Below, in pieces: positions 27,781 to 43,129 of a stretch of 64,000 bases of DNA. The DNA lies in NCBI RefSeq assembly GCF_001194135.2, contig NC_068998.1, positions 1,958,968 to 2,022,967 of the forward strand, in the 5' to 3' direction. Below the pieces are notes generated by a model that had not been told where the DNA came from, searched no databases, and was given only the letters and a program-made list of their open reading frames with translations. Both the position numbers and the translations under genes were made by a program. Within the stretch, counting starts at the first letter, position 1. Each line of letters opens with the position of its first letter. This stretch comes from Octopus bimaculoides (taxonomy: Eukaryota).

Positions 27781-30700
27781 AGGCATACATCATATTTCTG
27801 CATTACACCACAAGGACATTGTCTCTCAATCTGCTGGTGGTGGTGGTGGTGGTGGTAATACTAGTGGTTATGGGTGATTATGATGTCAGAAGCCCTTAGT
27901 CAGGGTGGAGTCAATGATGGAGTGATTTTTCTATAGGAGTGTGGTGGTGATGGTGGTAGTAGTAATGGTGGACGTAGTAGCAACAATGGTAGTAGTGGTG
28001 GTGATAATAGTATAATGTAATTTGGCAGGCAGCAGTGATGGTGGAGGAGGTCTCAGTAGTGTCGCGGTGACGGTAGTTTTAGTAGCGTTGTGGAGTTGGT
28101 ATTAATGATGCCAATAGCAGTTGTGGTCACGGTCAAAGTAATAGTGATGCCCACTATGTTGGCCAAAAGGATCAACTTGGCAAAGGTGAAGCTGTTACAG
28201 TTGCTTAGCAACCAGGCATGCCCTGACTGAGAAGACCAATGATCAAAGCTGCTTCATTCACAAATCACCATCATTTAACGTCTGTTGTCCATGCTGGCAT
28301 GGGTTGGACGGTTTGACTGGGCTGGCATGGTAGAAGGCTGTACCAAACTCCAGTTTGATTTCGCATGGTTTTCTATGGTCAGATGCTCTTCCTAATGCCA
28401 ACCACTCAAGAGTGTAATGGGTGCTTTTAGGTGCCAACAGCACAGGTGCCATTTGAGTGACACGGGGGTGCGTTTATGTACCACTGGCACAGGTGCCAAT
28501 TTGCATGACACCAGTATCTGCCATGACTGCGATTTTGTTCAGCTCGATGGGTCGTCTTCTCAAACGCAACATAATGCCAGACGTGTTGGTCATTACCTCT
28601 GGGAGACCCAACACTCAAAAGGAACTTGCCGACTTTCCAGACTACATTCTCCTTGCTCTTTCCAGCTTTTTTTTTTAGACATTAAGGGTGTGGTTTGAGG
28701 GAGATTAGGCTACCATTTCTAGCAAGTCCATTGACACTCCAATTGATGTGCTAATAGTAGTAGTCTTTATAGTTATATTAACAAAGACTGACTTGCAGAA
28801 CTGTGCAGACCCCCAGTCAGCTGGGTGGCAAGAAATTTGCTTCCCAACCACATGGTTCTGGGTTCAGTTCCACTGCATGTCATCTTAGGTAAGTATCATC
28901 TACTATAGCTGTGGGCCAACCAAAGCCACACAAGTGGATCTGATAGAAACTGAAAGAAATATACACACACCCATATGTGTGTTTGCCCCCCACCACTGAT
29001 TTACAACCAGTGTTGATATGTTTATGTCTTGTGACTTAATGTTTCGGCAAAAGAGCCGGACAGAATAAGCACCAGGCTTGAAAAAGAAATAAGTATCGGG
29101 GGTCAGTTTGTTTGGTGAAAATTCTTTAGGGAAGTACCAACAGCTCCACATCACGACGACTGATTGAAATAAGGCAGGGTGTCAAAGCAAACAAACCAAA
29201 ATTCAACCCCCCCCACACACACACACATATTCAACATAAACAGTTTATTCACAGAAACAGTGAAACACAAAATCAAATAAAGATTTGTAATTCAATTATT
29301 CTTGAAAGTTTGAAATCCCAAGACAAAAAATAAATGGTAGAGGAAAAATATTTAAGCACCAATTCTATCACAGCCTCAATAACAAGCAAGAGAGAACAAT
29401 AGGTTAATATATACATGTGATGGTGTACACTAATTAAACAATGCAGAAGGCAGTGTAGAATGATGCTCTGAACCAATCGGTGCTACATGCCAAATGTTAC
29501 CAATTTAGAACAAATTTTGTTTATTTTTTCATTTATATTTGTTTGAAATATTTTTTTATCTGAGTTTTCTCACACGATGTTAACAATGTGTTTTGTTGGA
29601 AATTTTTTGTTGTTTTATCTGTGTTATTTTAATTAGAATTCTTGAATTATTTCAATTCATTCAGATGGAGTCAACTTTGGTGCAACGACAAAAGAACTGG
29701 TTGGAACAAAGTCAGTTGAAAAGCTTCTGCAAGGATTCCTATTCGAAGGAATACTTCAGATCATCACTTTGAAAGGTGACATACCACCGCAAGTACCTCA
29801 TTAATTATAAAGTAATGCTACATATTAATTATATCAGTGGACTGCATCTATCTACCTCCTCACTGTACCTATTCATGAACTAGGTAGTCTGAGCCAGAAA
29901 AGTTTAATCACCTTGACCAAGATCAGTTAGCAAAACCAAAAATTATCTCACTGTATAAAGATCGTTGACGCTCAGCCACAGGTCAGGAGATTTAGGCTGC
30001 TGTTTTTTAGCAGGTCAAGCAACACTATTAAAACTTTCTGATTGCTTTTTTTTAAATTCAGTATAATAATCAGTTAATAGCAGCAACATAACGAGAGAAA
30101 CCAAGAAAGCAAACAAAATCATCATAGATGTGTGTAAGTCGTAATGAAAAAACAGAGAAAGGAAGAGAGGAGACCATTAACATGGTGTCTCACTGTTGTA
30201 ACTTGATTCCGTTCAAGCAGAACAAACTTCTCTCCGTCCCCGTCTTCCTAGCACAGAAAATTCACCAGTAATTCCAAAAATATGCACACCCATTCACAAA
30301 CCATGGCTTCCCCCTATCCACCCTTGCTTTAAACATGCCGTACTAAAGACTAAAGAGGTATTAATAATTCTGATGTTAAATTAGAGCAATATTACAGAGC
30401 AGTTTCAACACAGAAAACAGCAACAAAAACAAAAAAAGAACCAGCAGCAGCTGCAACAACAGCAACATGGAAATCGAATAAGATGCACAGCAGAATTACT
30501 TGCAAAACTGGCAAGGGGCCAACAGAAGTTTGAGAAAGAGGTTGGGGTAGATGTAGGGGCTGATTTAGATCTGAGTCAATATTTCATGGGCACTTTTTAT
30601 TATTGATCCACCTCTCTCAAAAGCCAGTCAACTGAAAGATTAAAAGGGTCAAGTGAACTGCAGTGAAATTGGAACCCAGAACATATCAGGACGGAACTAA

Positions 30701-33700
30701 ATACCACAAGGTAAATTATTCTGGGCACTCATTGCCCTCCAGTACTCCCTACCACTGATTTCTAACACAAGTACAACTGCAGGGGCCACTATAGGGGTTG
30801 TCTGACATGCTAGAAATAACTCCATGTTACACCCTACCATCTCCATTAGACTAGTGTTTCAGAATCCTTTTAAAATACACTCCTTTGTTTCAATTCATTC
30901 TGAAAATAAGAGTCACTGAGAAAGTGTTTGAAACATGAATTCACATGAAACTTTGATGGAAGGTTTTGATAATGGTCACTTTAATCCTTTTTTGTTCCCA
31001 TGTTTCTGTGGTGATATACTGCCTTTGTTTCAAATGATTTTGAAAAGAATGAAGAATTTAGTCAAATAACTCATTAAGTTAGTATTTGAAAGATAAATAA
31101 AATGTTGATTGGAGATTTGCATTTAGATTAATTTATCACAGAACCAGGAGAAGCTTGCATAGATTGCTTTCAAACAAGTTTCTGAAATTAGATTCCAAGT
31201 AACCTTAGAGTTCTGTGAAAAGAACTGTTTCTGATTTAAGGGGACTTTTTAATAAAATTCAATAGACTTTTAATAAAGCAATTATTCACCATTTTCAAAG
31301 TAAGTTATTAGATATTTGTCTGTTTTCATGTTTTTATCTTTGAATTGTTTTAGTCATTATAGACACACATACGACACATGCTAACAATACTGGGTTTTCT
31401 TTTTTCAAAAGACAGTGAAACAAGGAAAAAGTTAATGTATTATATAAACCTTCTATCTGATAAACTGTTAATTTATACAAGGACAGGTTTGAAGATCTGT
31501 CAACATTTATATATATGACCTGTCACCCAGATAAACAGAAATAGTGCAGTGGGGGGGGGGGAGCGCATGATGTGGATTATCTGATTTGATTTTAATATAT
31601 AGTTGGCTCCAACTTATCAGATATTGGGCTACTTAACTCTTATCAGATTTTGCTGAACATTTTAGATACTCTCCACCCTTGACCACCACCTCACAAACCA
31701 ATTTTGTACAGATTCATTACCCCTTTAGTATTTAAACCAATCATATCCCGCCCAAATACTCAAACTGTTTTATGTTCAAACTAGCCAAATCTGACTTCTC
31801 ACACCTATCCTACAATGTCATTCTAAAGATGAACAATCATGTCACTGAAATCTCAAAACTATGAGAATATGCATGATCAATTGAAAACAACCTGAATAAA
31901 TAAACGTTACATTTGAAACAATAATCAGAATACCTAGGGGTTAAAGGAGTTGTTGATTCCTCTCGCTAGGAAAGGGGACCTTATTCTAGCAGACAGTTGG
32001 TAGGGAAAGCATTTGAGATGTTTTGGCATCAGAGATTGGGTGCTGGCTTAACTGACACCAGACATTTCACTGTCTCTCTCATCCTCTCTTTCTCTATTCC
32101 ATATGTGAGCATATTTATCCTGAGAAGAAAGTGGTTATGTCAGTTGCATTCAATTAACAAATTGTAATGTCTCTCTCTGTTACACTGTATCTAAATATTT
32201 CACATGTGTGTGTGTGTGTTTGCCTCTAGTGCCAAAACAGGTTCAATGTCCAGCCAGCCATGCCAACTCCTAATAGAAGTGCCCAATCATCTCATCCCAG
32301 TGAGGAAAACATTTTCAATTTTGAATATTATCTAAACTTTTTGTCTGCTAGAATGTGACCCATATATGGTATTACTGTGTGAATCCCAGTTTTAGAATAG
32401 GATGATGACAACGTGACACAATTACAATATCGATGAAAGTCAGGTCAGTTGACAGTGGAAGAAGAAAGTCACTGACCAGAACACAGACACCAACATAGCT
32501 GCAGTCTCAATCAACAACCATTCACACCGAGTCAAGGTCAACCATGTCTCTCCCCAGGTTTATACAGGCTGAGGCAAGATTCATTTTTGAGAAAAACTGG
32601 CAGTTACCCATGTGTACAAGTTTCTACTCTCTACAACACTGGTGTTTATCCAGTAGAAAGGCCATCAAATTGAACCAATATAGCTTGGTAGCAGTGTCAC
32701 CATATAGCCATTGCTGCCAGAACACAAAAAGTTAAGAACCACAAGGTACAGCTCTGGCTTGTCAGCTCCTGCCAAACCATCCAACCCATACCAGCATGGA
32801 AAACAGACACTCCAACTGCAAACTTCTTTTTTTTTCTTTTTTGGTGTGGGGAGGAGTTAACTGAGTTTAGTTGGCTGAGTATACTGTAGAAACCTCACCA
32901 ATCTCACCAGTCTGGGTGGGCCTGAAAAGGTGCCCCACCCCTCCATTCTAACTTGGAAAAAAGAAAAATTACCAAAATCAAAACTAACCGAAATTGTATT
33001 CCATTGAAGATTTACTTCGTGTCTGTGTTCTTTAACATGTCTTTCATCTCACAGAAAGAGATGGAGAGAAAGACAGACAGACAGACAGAAACTGGCAGAA
33101 AAGAAACAAAAAAATAAACTGAAATCAGTATGCTTCCAATAGAAACAGAAATAAAACAAAAAATGGAAATACCATTTAGAAATTATTAGCCCAACACCAA
33201 CAGCAGTATTCTTGCTTTGTCAAAATATACTCAGTGGGATAACACCTATCAGATACATTATGGTTGCCATAGTGGTGGTGGTGGTGGTGGGAGGGAAGGA
33301 AGCAGTTGCAGTAGAAATATCAGAGTATTTGGCATAAAATGTTTGACATTATTTAGTTAATCCTTTTTGCATCTTAAGTTCAAATTCCATTGGAGATAAT
33401 TTGCCCTTCATTCTCCTGGGCTGAGAGTGAGGAAAGGTCAATCAAGTACCATTTAAATAATGGTATCAATTCATTTGACTAAGTCCTTCCTCTAAAATAT
33501 ATGGCCTTCTAGCAACATAAAACATTATTATTATTATTATTATTATTACTAAGGTGACAAGCTGGTAGAATTGGCTGGACAAAATGCTGAGCAGTATTTC
33601 AGCCATCACTACGTCCTGAGTTCAAATCCCACCGGGGTCGACTTAGCCTTTCATCCAACTTCCCTATAACTGCTGGCCTTGTGCCAAAACAAGAAACTAC

Positions 33701-35304
33701 TACTACTATCATCATCATCATCATCATCAAGGTGCCAAGTTGGCAGAATCCTTACTGTGCCGAGCAAAATGCTCAGCAGCATTTCATCTTGCCTGATGTT
33801 CAAATTCTGCCAAGGTCGACTTATTCATCTTTTCCGGGTCAATAAACCCCAACACTTTATGTATCTTTGAATTGGCCCCCCTCATCGTCTGCCCTTGTGG
33901 CAAATAAATTACATCATTATCATTACTCAACATTTGATAGTTTCAGGCAGATTTCTACTGCACCACCTGCTGCACCACCAGGTTGTTGAGGTGTGTGCAG
34001 CAATGTTCTTTGTTGGTGGGAGTGCAAACTCTTCCCAGTATTGTATTGCAACAGTTTTTTTTTGAGTGTGTGTGTGAGGTGTGGTGCAGTCTTTTGCTGT
34101 TGTTTTGTTGGGTATCCACCCTGTAGGGTACATGTTGTGGGGCTGTTTATTTTATTGGATATTTACTGCATGAGTTTGTCTTGTGTTTGCAGATTCTTTT
34201 ATTTGGGTTGTATTATTGAATTGATAAGGTCTTGTATAGAATGTGGGCTGTTCCAATTCTTCTTCTTACTATCATTATGCTGGATTAGAATCAATCTGCC
34301 AGTTTATTTTTAGTTTCACATAATACATTCTGTGTTCAAATTTCACCATTGACAACTTTGTCTTTCATCCCACCAGGTACCAGCCATGTAGGTCCCAGCC
34401 ATGTAGGTCCCAGGAACAATTCAACCAACAACACACCCTACTCCCTTATACATACATATACAGTGTGCGTGTGTGTAATCATACCATCATCTGATTCCAG
34501 CCAAAATTAATAAAAAAAAAATTAGCAGCATACACAGAACATTCCTGTGTTCATGTAGACATTAAAACCAGTAAACTACTAACAGCAGGATTATTAAGCA
34601 GCTGACATCGCCAAACACACACACACACACACAGCCACCCCCAACATACAATTTATAAACTGACATAAATCAGGAAGATGTGATGATCAGAGCTGGTGAA
34701 TGGAACGGCACAGCTGCCGAGACATTTCATATATCTGTATGTAAGATGTGTGCATATAAGATATACATAAACATGGTACTATATAAATATATATAAACAT
34801 CTCATCATTGTATTGTTGTTTATTCATGCAATGAGATCATTTCATCATCATCGCTCAACGTCCGTCTTCCATGCTAGCATGGGTGGCACACACACACACA
34901 CAGAGTGATGGACTAGTTGGACAGAGACAAGCTTAAAGAAGCTTCTCAGAAGCAAGAATAACAAAGTGCAGCAGCACTTGACTTTTGAAAGAATTTTCTG
35001 TCAGCTGAGATGGTTCCATTTGCAGCTCTCAAAAATTTGTCTTTCAGATTAATAGCCAAAAGCAGAAAGCTTTTATCCCATACATGATTCTTGTCACTAG
35101 ACACCGACGGGGAATGTACTCATGGAATAATGCTACTGGTTCTCATATAACAATGCCTTTTCATATCACAGAGACAGCATATCTAATGCTCATGTGCATT
35201 TTATGAGGTACTCTAGTTGATATAAATTAGACAGGGTACTTCAATTTGTGCGCATTATATAAAGTATTATTATTACAATAATCTGTCACCTGTGATGTTG
35301 GGGC

Positions 35305-36270
35305 TGCTTTCCATGCTGGCATGGGTTGGATGGTTTGACATGGAGCTCGCTAGCAGGGAGCAGTCCAGACTCCAACTGGTTTCTACAGCTGGATGTCCTT
35401 CCTAATGCCAACCACTTAGAGTGTGCTGGGTGTTTCTTACGCACCAGCAGCATAGGTGTGTTAATGCAGCACTGGCACAGGTGCTTTCAAAGTGACCCCA
35501 GCACCTGTAAAAGGACCGGGCTGTATGTGGGGAAGACAGTGGTTTTACTTAGCTTGATGCGTCTTATCAAGTACAGCAAATTACCACATCTCCTGGTCCC
35601 TTGTCATTTCTTCAGTGAGACCCACCATCAGAAGATCCTCTCTCACCACTTTGTCTGTTTTCCTGGGTCTACCCCTTCCACAAGTACCCTCCATAATTAG
35701 AGCTTGGCATTTCTTTATGCAGCTGTCCTCATGACCCAACCAGCACAGTCTTCTCTCTTGCACACAACATCCAATGCCTCTAATACCCGGTTCTCCTCTT
35801 TCATCATTTACACTGTTATGCTTGCACAAACATTGCCCATCCAGCAAAGCATGCTGCTTTCATTTCTTTCAAGCTTTCACAAGTCCTCTGTAGTCAAAGC
35901 CCAAGTTTCATTGCCATGTAACATAGCTGTACATACACAGCCATCATATAATCTCTGAAGGAGAGGTCCTTAGTTACCATAGTTACTCAGTTAATGTAGA
36001 AGCTCTCTCAACTTTGCCCAGCCTCTTATCCAGACAATTATAATTTCAGAACTTCCTCCACCACTGCTAACTTGGTCTCCTAGGTAACAGAAGTAGTATT
36101 TGAAGGGGCCTATTGCCTGTGCATTTTTAGTGCTTATTGCACCTGCGCATTTGCTATACAGACTATATTCTCTGCTAACCTTCCGGTGATACCATTTTTC
36201 CGGTGATTCCATTTTGCCAGACTATCAAAAGCACTTGCTTACAGAGACAGCATTGCACTCGTCCACAAGG
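35305..36270 (-). mobile_element. 5'-truncated, degraded RTE-clade LINE (ORF2 C-terminus + 3'UTR)
   Basis: Broken frames give FCYLGDQVSSGGG..IRGWAKLRELL and RRLCWLGH..GTCGRGRPRKT..VREDL..GLTEEMTRDQEMW, typical RTE RT C-terminal motifs. These are followed by the CCAACCCATGCCAGCATGGAAA tail seen elsewhere in the window. Confidence 0.85.
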
Positions 36271-36425
36271 ACAGCGTTGCATTAAAGACAGCATTGCACT
36301 CATCCACAAACACATCAGATTCCTCCACAAAGACCGTATAGCACTCCTCCACAAAGATAGTATCATATTTCTTTATGTTACAGAGATCGCATCATATTTG
36401 TTCACGAAGATTGCATCAGATTTGT
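36245..36425. repeat. Degenerate ~21-bp tandem repeat at the 5' truncation of the RTE LINE
   Basis: Recurring GCACT/GATT-CCTCCACAAAGA(C/T)AG units. Confidence 0.6.
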
Positions 36426-38030
36426 CTGTGATATTACAAAGTGTTGACACAGGTGCCCATGAAATGTCAATTCAATTCAATTACTGATAATGCTGAGTAA
36501 TGAAAGAGATCAGGCGTTAGATAGGATTGAATGTGGACTCCTTGTTGCGTAGAGGCAGCTCAGAGATGGTTGTGCATTAGTTTGGAAATATGCTGCAAAT
36601 TAAGTGAATATGAAAGAGGTGACATGAGGAGAATGGGAAATTAAGGGTTACGTCTAAAGTGTATGAAATAAGAACCAATCTACAGGTACTAGGGGTCAAT
36701 ATAATCAACTGTACCCTTGAAGGTGGTACCTCAGTATGGCCATAGTCCAATGACAAACCAGCACAAGGAAGAAAAAAGAGAAAATAGAGAATCAGACAAC
36801 TGGGAAGGAAGAGAGAGAGAGAGAAACAGAGACAGACAGACAGAGAGAGAGAGAGAGAGGGTAGAAGAGAGAAAGCAAAAATAAAGATAGAGAGAGATAC
36901 AGTGAGAGAGAGACAGACAGACAGAAAGAAAGAGGAGTCTATGAGAGAGAGGTAGAAAGAGAAGGATAAACAAAGAGAGGGAAAGAGAAATGGTCAGGAA
37001 GATGGAAAAAAATTTCAGTTAAACTAAGAATATTATCACAGCCACAATCTGTCCCTGAAAGACAAATCATGTTTCATTGAATGAGGACGATGATGATGAT
37101 GACGACCTTCATCCAGTAATACAACACTATATTAGCAGAAACTCACCAGAAATAGTTGGCTTTTGTTTGCGGAGGGGGTGGGGGTGAGCTTGTGTCTTTT
37201 TCTTTTGTATGTCTTATTTATGTGTTTATTTTACATGATTAGTTTATAACCATATAGACACCCACACATGGTGTCTATGCAATGGTGTAATATCAGGTTC
37301 CTGCTGTTGCTGTATGGGCAACAGAAATACTTCATAAGTGAAGGTAAAGAGGGGGGGGGGCTTGAATCGGAGACAGTGGTCAGGAGGAGGAAGTGAGTGG
37401 AGGAGAGGGGGGCAACATCTCTTTTAATAATGAAGGGCCGTAACGATAATGCACTGTTATAAACGATAAGCATGTGAGGACAAACAGATAGCCAGGGAGA
37501 GAGGGAGAGAGAGACAAAGGTAAACAGACACACAGAAACATACTGGCCCTCTGTCGGTTCCAGCAAAGGGTTCCTTCCAGTTGAACAGTCTACTCAGAAC
37601 AGTCTACTCATGAAATTAATGTGAAAACGGCTGAGCACTCCACAGACATGTGTCTACCCATAACATAGTTCTCAGGGAGATTCAGCATGAACCAGAATGC
37701 GACAAAGCTTTGAATTACAGATACAACTCATTCTTGCCAGCAGAGTGGACTGGAGCAATGTGAGGTAAAGTGTCTTGCTCAAGGACACAACATGCCACCA
37801 AGAGTTGAACTCACAACCTTATGATCGTGAGCTGAAGCCCTAACCACTAAGCCATACACCTACAGACTACAGAAAGATTCACGTCCACACACGCAGACAG
37901 ATTGCCAGTGAGACTGTGGACAGATTTTTTAGTGAGAATACACCATAAGGAAACTAACAGCTTGAATAGCTACGATTAGCAATAAAACAGTCATAAAATG
38001 ATATGTTATTATAAGAAGAAAAGCAACCTG

Positions 38031-38070
<40 letters not shown>

Positions 38071-38497
38071 AGGAATGGGGAAGGAATTCCAGATCTGGAA
38101 TTGAAGAGCCTTAACGTAAACCTAGCACAAACTAAGGTTTAGTAAAGAGGAAAGGAGAAAGGGCCAAAAAGTGTCAGGAAAATGGCCATGCTCAATATAC
38201 AAAAAAAAGGAGTTGGCAGAAATTCCATAACAGTGTGTTTGGTGTAAATACTGGCTGTACAAGAGGTGTGGTGGGATTATAAAGTAAAGGTGACCCTTAT
38301 TCAGGGAAGGGGTCCAGGTGTGTTAAGTAGGAGAGACACCTGAGGCATCAATTCTCTGAAATGCTAAGGGACTCCCTTGAAATAGTCAACAGTTTCTGTT
38401 ACCTAGGTGACTGGTGTTTTGAGGTTTTATTAATCGACTCAAAATACATCTATATCCACACAGACATGATTAAACAAACACACATATACACAAACAT

Positions 38498-38532
<35 letters not shown>

Positions 38533-39048
38533 CATAGGTGAGGGGGGAGCTCTGAAAGGGTTCTCAGGGAGAAGTGTCCCTGCCTTCCTGAGCTAGTTTT
38601 CTACCACATTTCTTAAAAATCGTGGTAGAGGCCTTGGTCTCAGGACCACTCATGTCTAGAAACTGAGGTTGGGGGTAAGCAAGGGCATGCTCCCCATAGA
38701 AAATCCAGAATGGGTACCAGCCAGCCCAAAGGTTGGGGTGGGCTGCACCTGCCTACCTCAGTTGCCATGACATTGAGGTAGATCAGGCCATCCTCGTTAA
38801 GGGGGACAAAACCCAGATTTAAAACACTGGATGATGATGACATACACATACACACATACATATATATATATACATACAGGCATATATATATATATAACGT
38901 ATGTACATATACATATATATACATATATACACATGTGCATACATATATATACACTTGAATGTATATACATGTGTGGATATATATCTTTTAACATCCATTT
39001 TCCAGGCTGGTATGGGTTGGACAGTTTGACAGGAGCTGACCAGGAGCC

Positions 39049-39083
<35 letters not shown>

Positions 39084-39620
39084 GACTGTATATATGTGTG
39101 TGTGTGTGTGTGTTGCATCCATTTTGGGACAGCAAAATGGATGCAACACAACATGTCGGACAGAGTCCCGGCCGAAAAGGACAGTAGCAGGATGGGTCAA
39201 AACAACCATTGTACAAAATAAAGATGAATACCAAATCCATCTTCTGGTTACTTAAGAAATTATTATTATTATTATTATTATTATATACATATACACACAT
39301 ACATCTATATATACATCTATATATATAACATTGGTTGTGGTATGTATGTTTATAATAAGACCACAATCTGTGCAGGTTTACTGTTCTTCCAAATGGCAGC
39401 TGATTGGACAAAGCTGTCTTTGAGCAAGCTGTGACAGAACCAAACTATTGAAGAACTAATGAGAGGGCTTACACCAGGGGTGGGGAAACCCCCACCAGCA
39501 GACACAATTGTATGTACTAAATATAGTAAATTTTTCAATTATAAAATTTCTACATAAATATACAAACATAAATATATACATAAACATGTATATACATGCA
39601 TATGTATACATGCATACATG

Positions 39621-39741
39621 CAAGGGTGTATGAAAAGTTTCGAGCCTTCAACGCCTTTGAGCCTTGAAGTCTTGTACCTTCATCAGAAGTGTTATACCAT
39701 GTTTTGTTTTTTGAGGCTCAAGACTTTTCATACACCCCTCA
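39621..39741. mobile_element. Tc1/mariner-like MITE (~120 bp)
   Basis: About 26-bp TIRs (AGGGTGTATGAAAAGTTTCGAGCCT / AGGCTCAAGACTTTTCATACACCCCT) inserted in TA-rich sequence. Confidence 0.7.
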
Positions 39742-39788
39742 TATACATACAATGATATACATACACATATATACATACTTATACAAAG

Positions 39789-39822
<34 letters not shown>

Positions 39823-39904
39823 CAAACATGTATATAAATACATAGTGAAACTAATAGAAATGAAACTAATATATATACATGGTGAAAGTATTAATAGTTA
39901 AACT

Positions 39905-40150
39905 ATTAAAACTGAAAATATTATCTCACATTACAATAGAGATGTTATTGTTTCACTTTTGACATGCAATACTTAAAGAGATATGCAATTGCTCTGCGCT
40001 TGCATAGGCAAGAAGTTGAAAATGCTTTTGGCCTATGATACTGCATGGACCCTAAGTAAGGCATGTGTAAAATCTGAATGAAATCGGTTGGGTAGTTCTC
40101 GTGTTTTCGTGATGCACACAGACATTCTTAGTTTTATATATATAGAGATT
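39905..40150 (+). mobile_element. Unclassified DNA repeat, Helitron/Helentron-associated-like
   Basis: Ends in GAAATCGGTTGGGTAGTTCTCG..ACAGACATTCTTAGTTTTATATATATAGA, a terminus style recalled from non-autonomous Helitron-type elements. Classification unverified. Confidence 0.35.
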
Positions 40151-41429
40151 TTGTTAGTTAATAAATGAAGTAGGATCTGTGTGTCAATGGAGATTTGGCT
40201 GCTATTTCTAGTAAGTTATATTACTATACTGAGTCATGGAACAGAGTGAGATAAAGTTATCAAAACTAACTTTAGAATCACAGTTTGTAGTGTTCACATT
40301 TTTGAAACAAGATTTTAAATTTCTTTTCACAATTTACCTTTTTGGGAAATTGTGACTGGGTGCAGTCGGTATGCCCTGCTAGATAACACACCCACTGACT
40401 TGAAAACAATAATAAGTACACATTCAATGACAGTTTCCAATATTCACTATTTCTGTATAAACAATACAGATAGGAAAGGATGGGCCAGACTGACTGGGCA
40501 AAAACCTGTTGAGTCCCTTTCAAGGCATTTCACTTCAATAAATTTAGTGCTACTAGATTCAATTTCTACGTGTTACTAGACAGGAAAGTGATGAAACTCA
40601 CGTCATACTTGTCCATAACACACTATAAGACAGGATAAGAGCTATGTGGTGTCAATCCCTCAATGAACAACAATAGGTTAGACTTGTGCCTGACATGAGA
40701 AACGGACTGACATGCAGTGTACTCTCAATGACTGTGTTAGTGTTACAGGGTACTTTAATATTTTTCACATCAAAAGACTTGTATAGAAGTTCACTTTCTG
40801 ACTCACATAAATATACCGTAGCAGTAGAGTAGATGTATGAGCAGAGGATGGTGGGAAGAGGGGGGATCACCCTCTCTATGAATCCTTTAAAAAAAAAACC
40901 ATACACAGTAAAGGACAAATAAAGTTAACATTCAATAGGCTGGTGATGTGATCCCACCACTCTCGGCAACCTTGTAATAAGCCAACAAACCTGAAGCACA
41001 AGTAGGTAGCTGATTGGCTGAGTGAGAGTGGCACACAGACATTTAAACTGGCCATATCCGGTAAAAATACTCTTGTTTTATATTCAAACTGGCCAGATCT
41101 GACTCCTCACATCAACCCTACAATGTCATTCTAAAAATTAACAACTACCTCATCAAAATCTCAAAGCTACAGGATAATGAAATGGTTACTTTAAAACAAT
41201 GTGAATAAATAAGACACTGCATTTGACAGAATAATGTGAGTGTTAATGGCTGAAAGCACAGAAACATAAATGGTTGACCGAGTGAGTGGTGACTTGGACT
41301 CAAACAGATATTACTTATACAGCAGCTGAATAATGCCTTCACAGATCACCTGTCAACACTCCAGATATTCCAAATATTTTAGACCTAAATTTGAAGACCA
41401 AGCTCTAAACTGACTCAGCCCTAACTCAA

Positions 41430-41620
41430 CAGACGTATGTGGAAGTCAGGCCACGACCACCACATCTTTTGCTGATAGTGTACCTCCAGCAACATTATAT
41501 AATGTCTGTCCTTCCCATTTTGTGAAGAGATAAAGCCATTTCTTTTAATGCTTCAATTGCCCACATTCAGGAAGTCAGAACGGTTATTACGGTTCATTGA
41601 GGGTAGACATGTTCCAGAAA
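41430..41620 (-). mobile_element. Possible degraded R4/Dong-like LINE fragment
   Basis: The minus strand encodes TISKRCGGRGLTS, resembling the RKxGGRGL motif after the RT domain. Surrounding frames are broken. Confidence 0.3.
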
Positions 41621-43129
41621 ATTTAGGAACATTAGGTATTTAACAGATGCACCTGAGTTAAGGCGGCCCTGAACTGATGCTGTGAGGCAGACTCCACCTA
41701 CACAGGTCAGAAGGGAGGCGGGGGGGGGAATAGACAACAGATGATACAGTTGTGATGATCATGATCATGAAGTAAGCAACTTTTTATCAAAGTATTCTTT
41801 GAAGTAATGCCAGATGTAACTAAGCAAGAGGAAATGGGTATTAAAATGATCTGTCCCCCACAGAGCTCAACAAATATATATATATTTAGCTCCTCAACCA
41901 CATGGTTCCAGGTTCAGTTCCCCTGCATGCCGCTTTGGAGAAGTGTTTTCTTCGGTAGCCCTGGCGCCAACTAAAGCTCTGAAAATGGATTTGATAGATA
42001 GAAACTGAAAGCAGTCCATCATATGTGCATGTGACACCGTGAGTAAGTGTCTTCTACTACAGTCTTGAAACGACCAATACCTTGTGAGTAAATTTGGGAG
42101 ATGGAAACTACCATCAGAAGTCCATTTAATACATGTGTGTGTGAGTGTGTGTGTCTTTGTTCCCACCACTACTTGAAGACTGGTGATGATTTGTGTGCAT
42201 TACCATAGCTTAGCAGTTTGGCAATAGAGGCTAATAAAATAAGTACCAAACTTTAAAATCTCAGTACTGAAGTTGATTTGTCCAATTAAACCCATCAAGA
42301 TGGTGACCCAAAATGGCTGCAGTCCAATGAGTGAGACAAGATAAAAGATAACACTTCTACAATATGGTTAACTCCCTTTGTTAAGAATCAACTCATAAAG
42401 CACTAGGATTTGTACTTACATCGCATGGACTGCTGAGTACATTTTATGAAAAAGAGACTACCATGTACACATAAAAAAAAAAAAAAAAAATAGTTCAAAT
42501 ATCTTCTTAGTATATAATGGTGGAAAGTTTTACATCATCTGAAAAGTCACTAGTTGAACTATTAGTCTTCTTGCATTCTGTGGGTTATTGGAGCGTTTGA
42601 GTGACATTAAATCCCCAACAAACGCCCATAAATTAAATGCATCCATCTGGGCCACAATCGGGATGTGTCAACCCGTATCTGATTACCACAATCATGGCCC
42701 GTCGTGCTTTATGTGTAAATACTGTAACTGGAAGTTCTTAGTTTTCTCTGCATGAGTTGTATCATTCAAACCTGTGCATTTTTTTTTTTACAAACTCTAG
42801 CAATCGAACATGTGCTGTTCAACTATATTGACTAATCGTACCACTTGGGCCAGCAGGGGTCCATTCTTTCAAGTAGTATGTAGAAAATAAAAGAGGACTA
42901 GGGTATAAAATTTGTTATCACTATATGTCTACATTTTCTACATTGGGGACCCTGACATGATTTGTATAGCTTCTTCATATAGAAACTAATCATGCATGTC
43001 TATAAATAAGTGACAAACAGATATAAGCACATAGTTAGATGGGCACATGTATGTGAGTGTATAGATGTAAAGGCAGATATGTGTAAATATGTATTTATAT
43101 ACACAAACACATATATATATACAAATATG

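Noticed and set aside
39630-39690. Minus-strand CTGATGA...CTCGAAAC inside the mariner-like MITE
   Set aside because: No GUH triplet or stem I partner follows; the GAAAC is part of the TIR.
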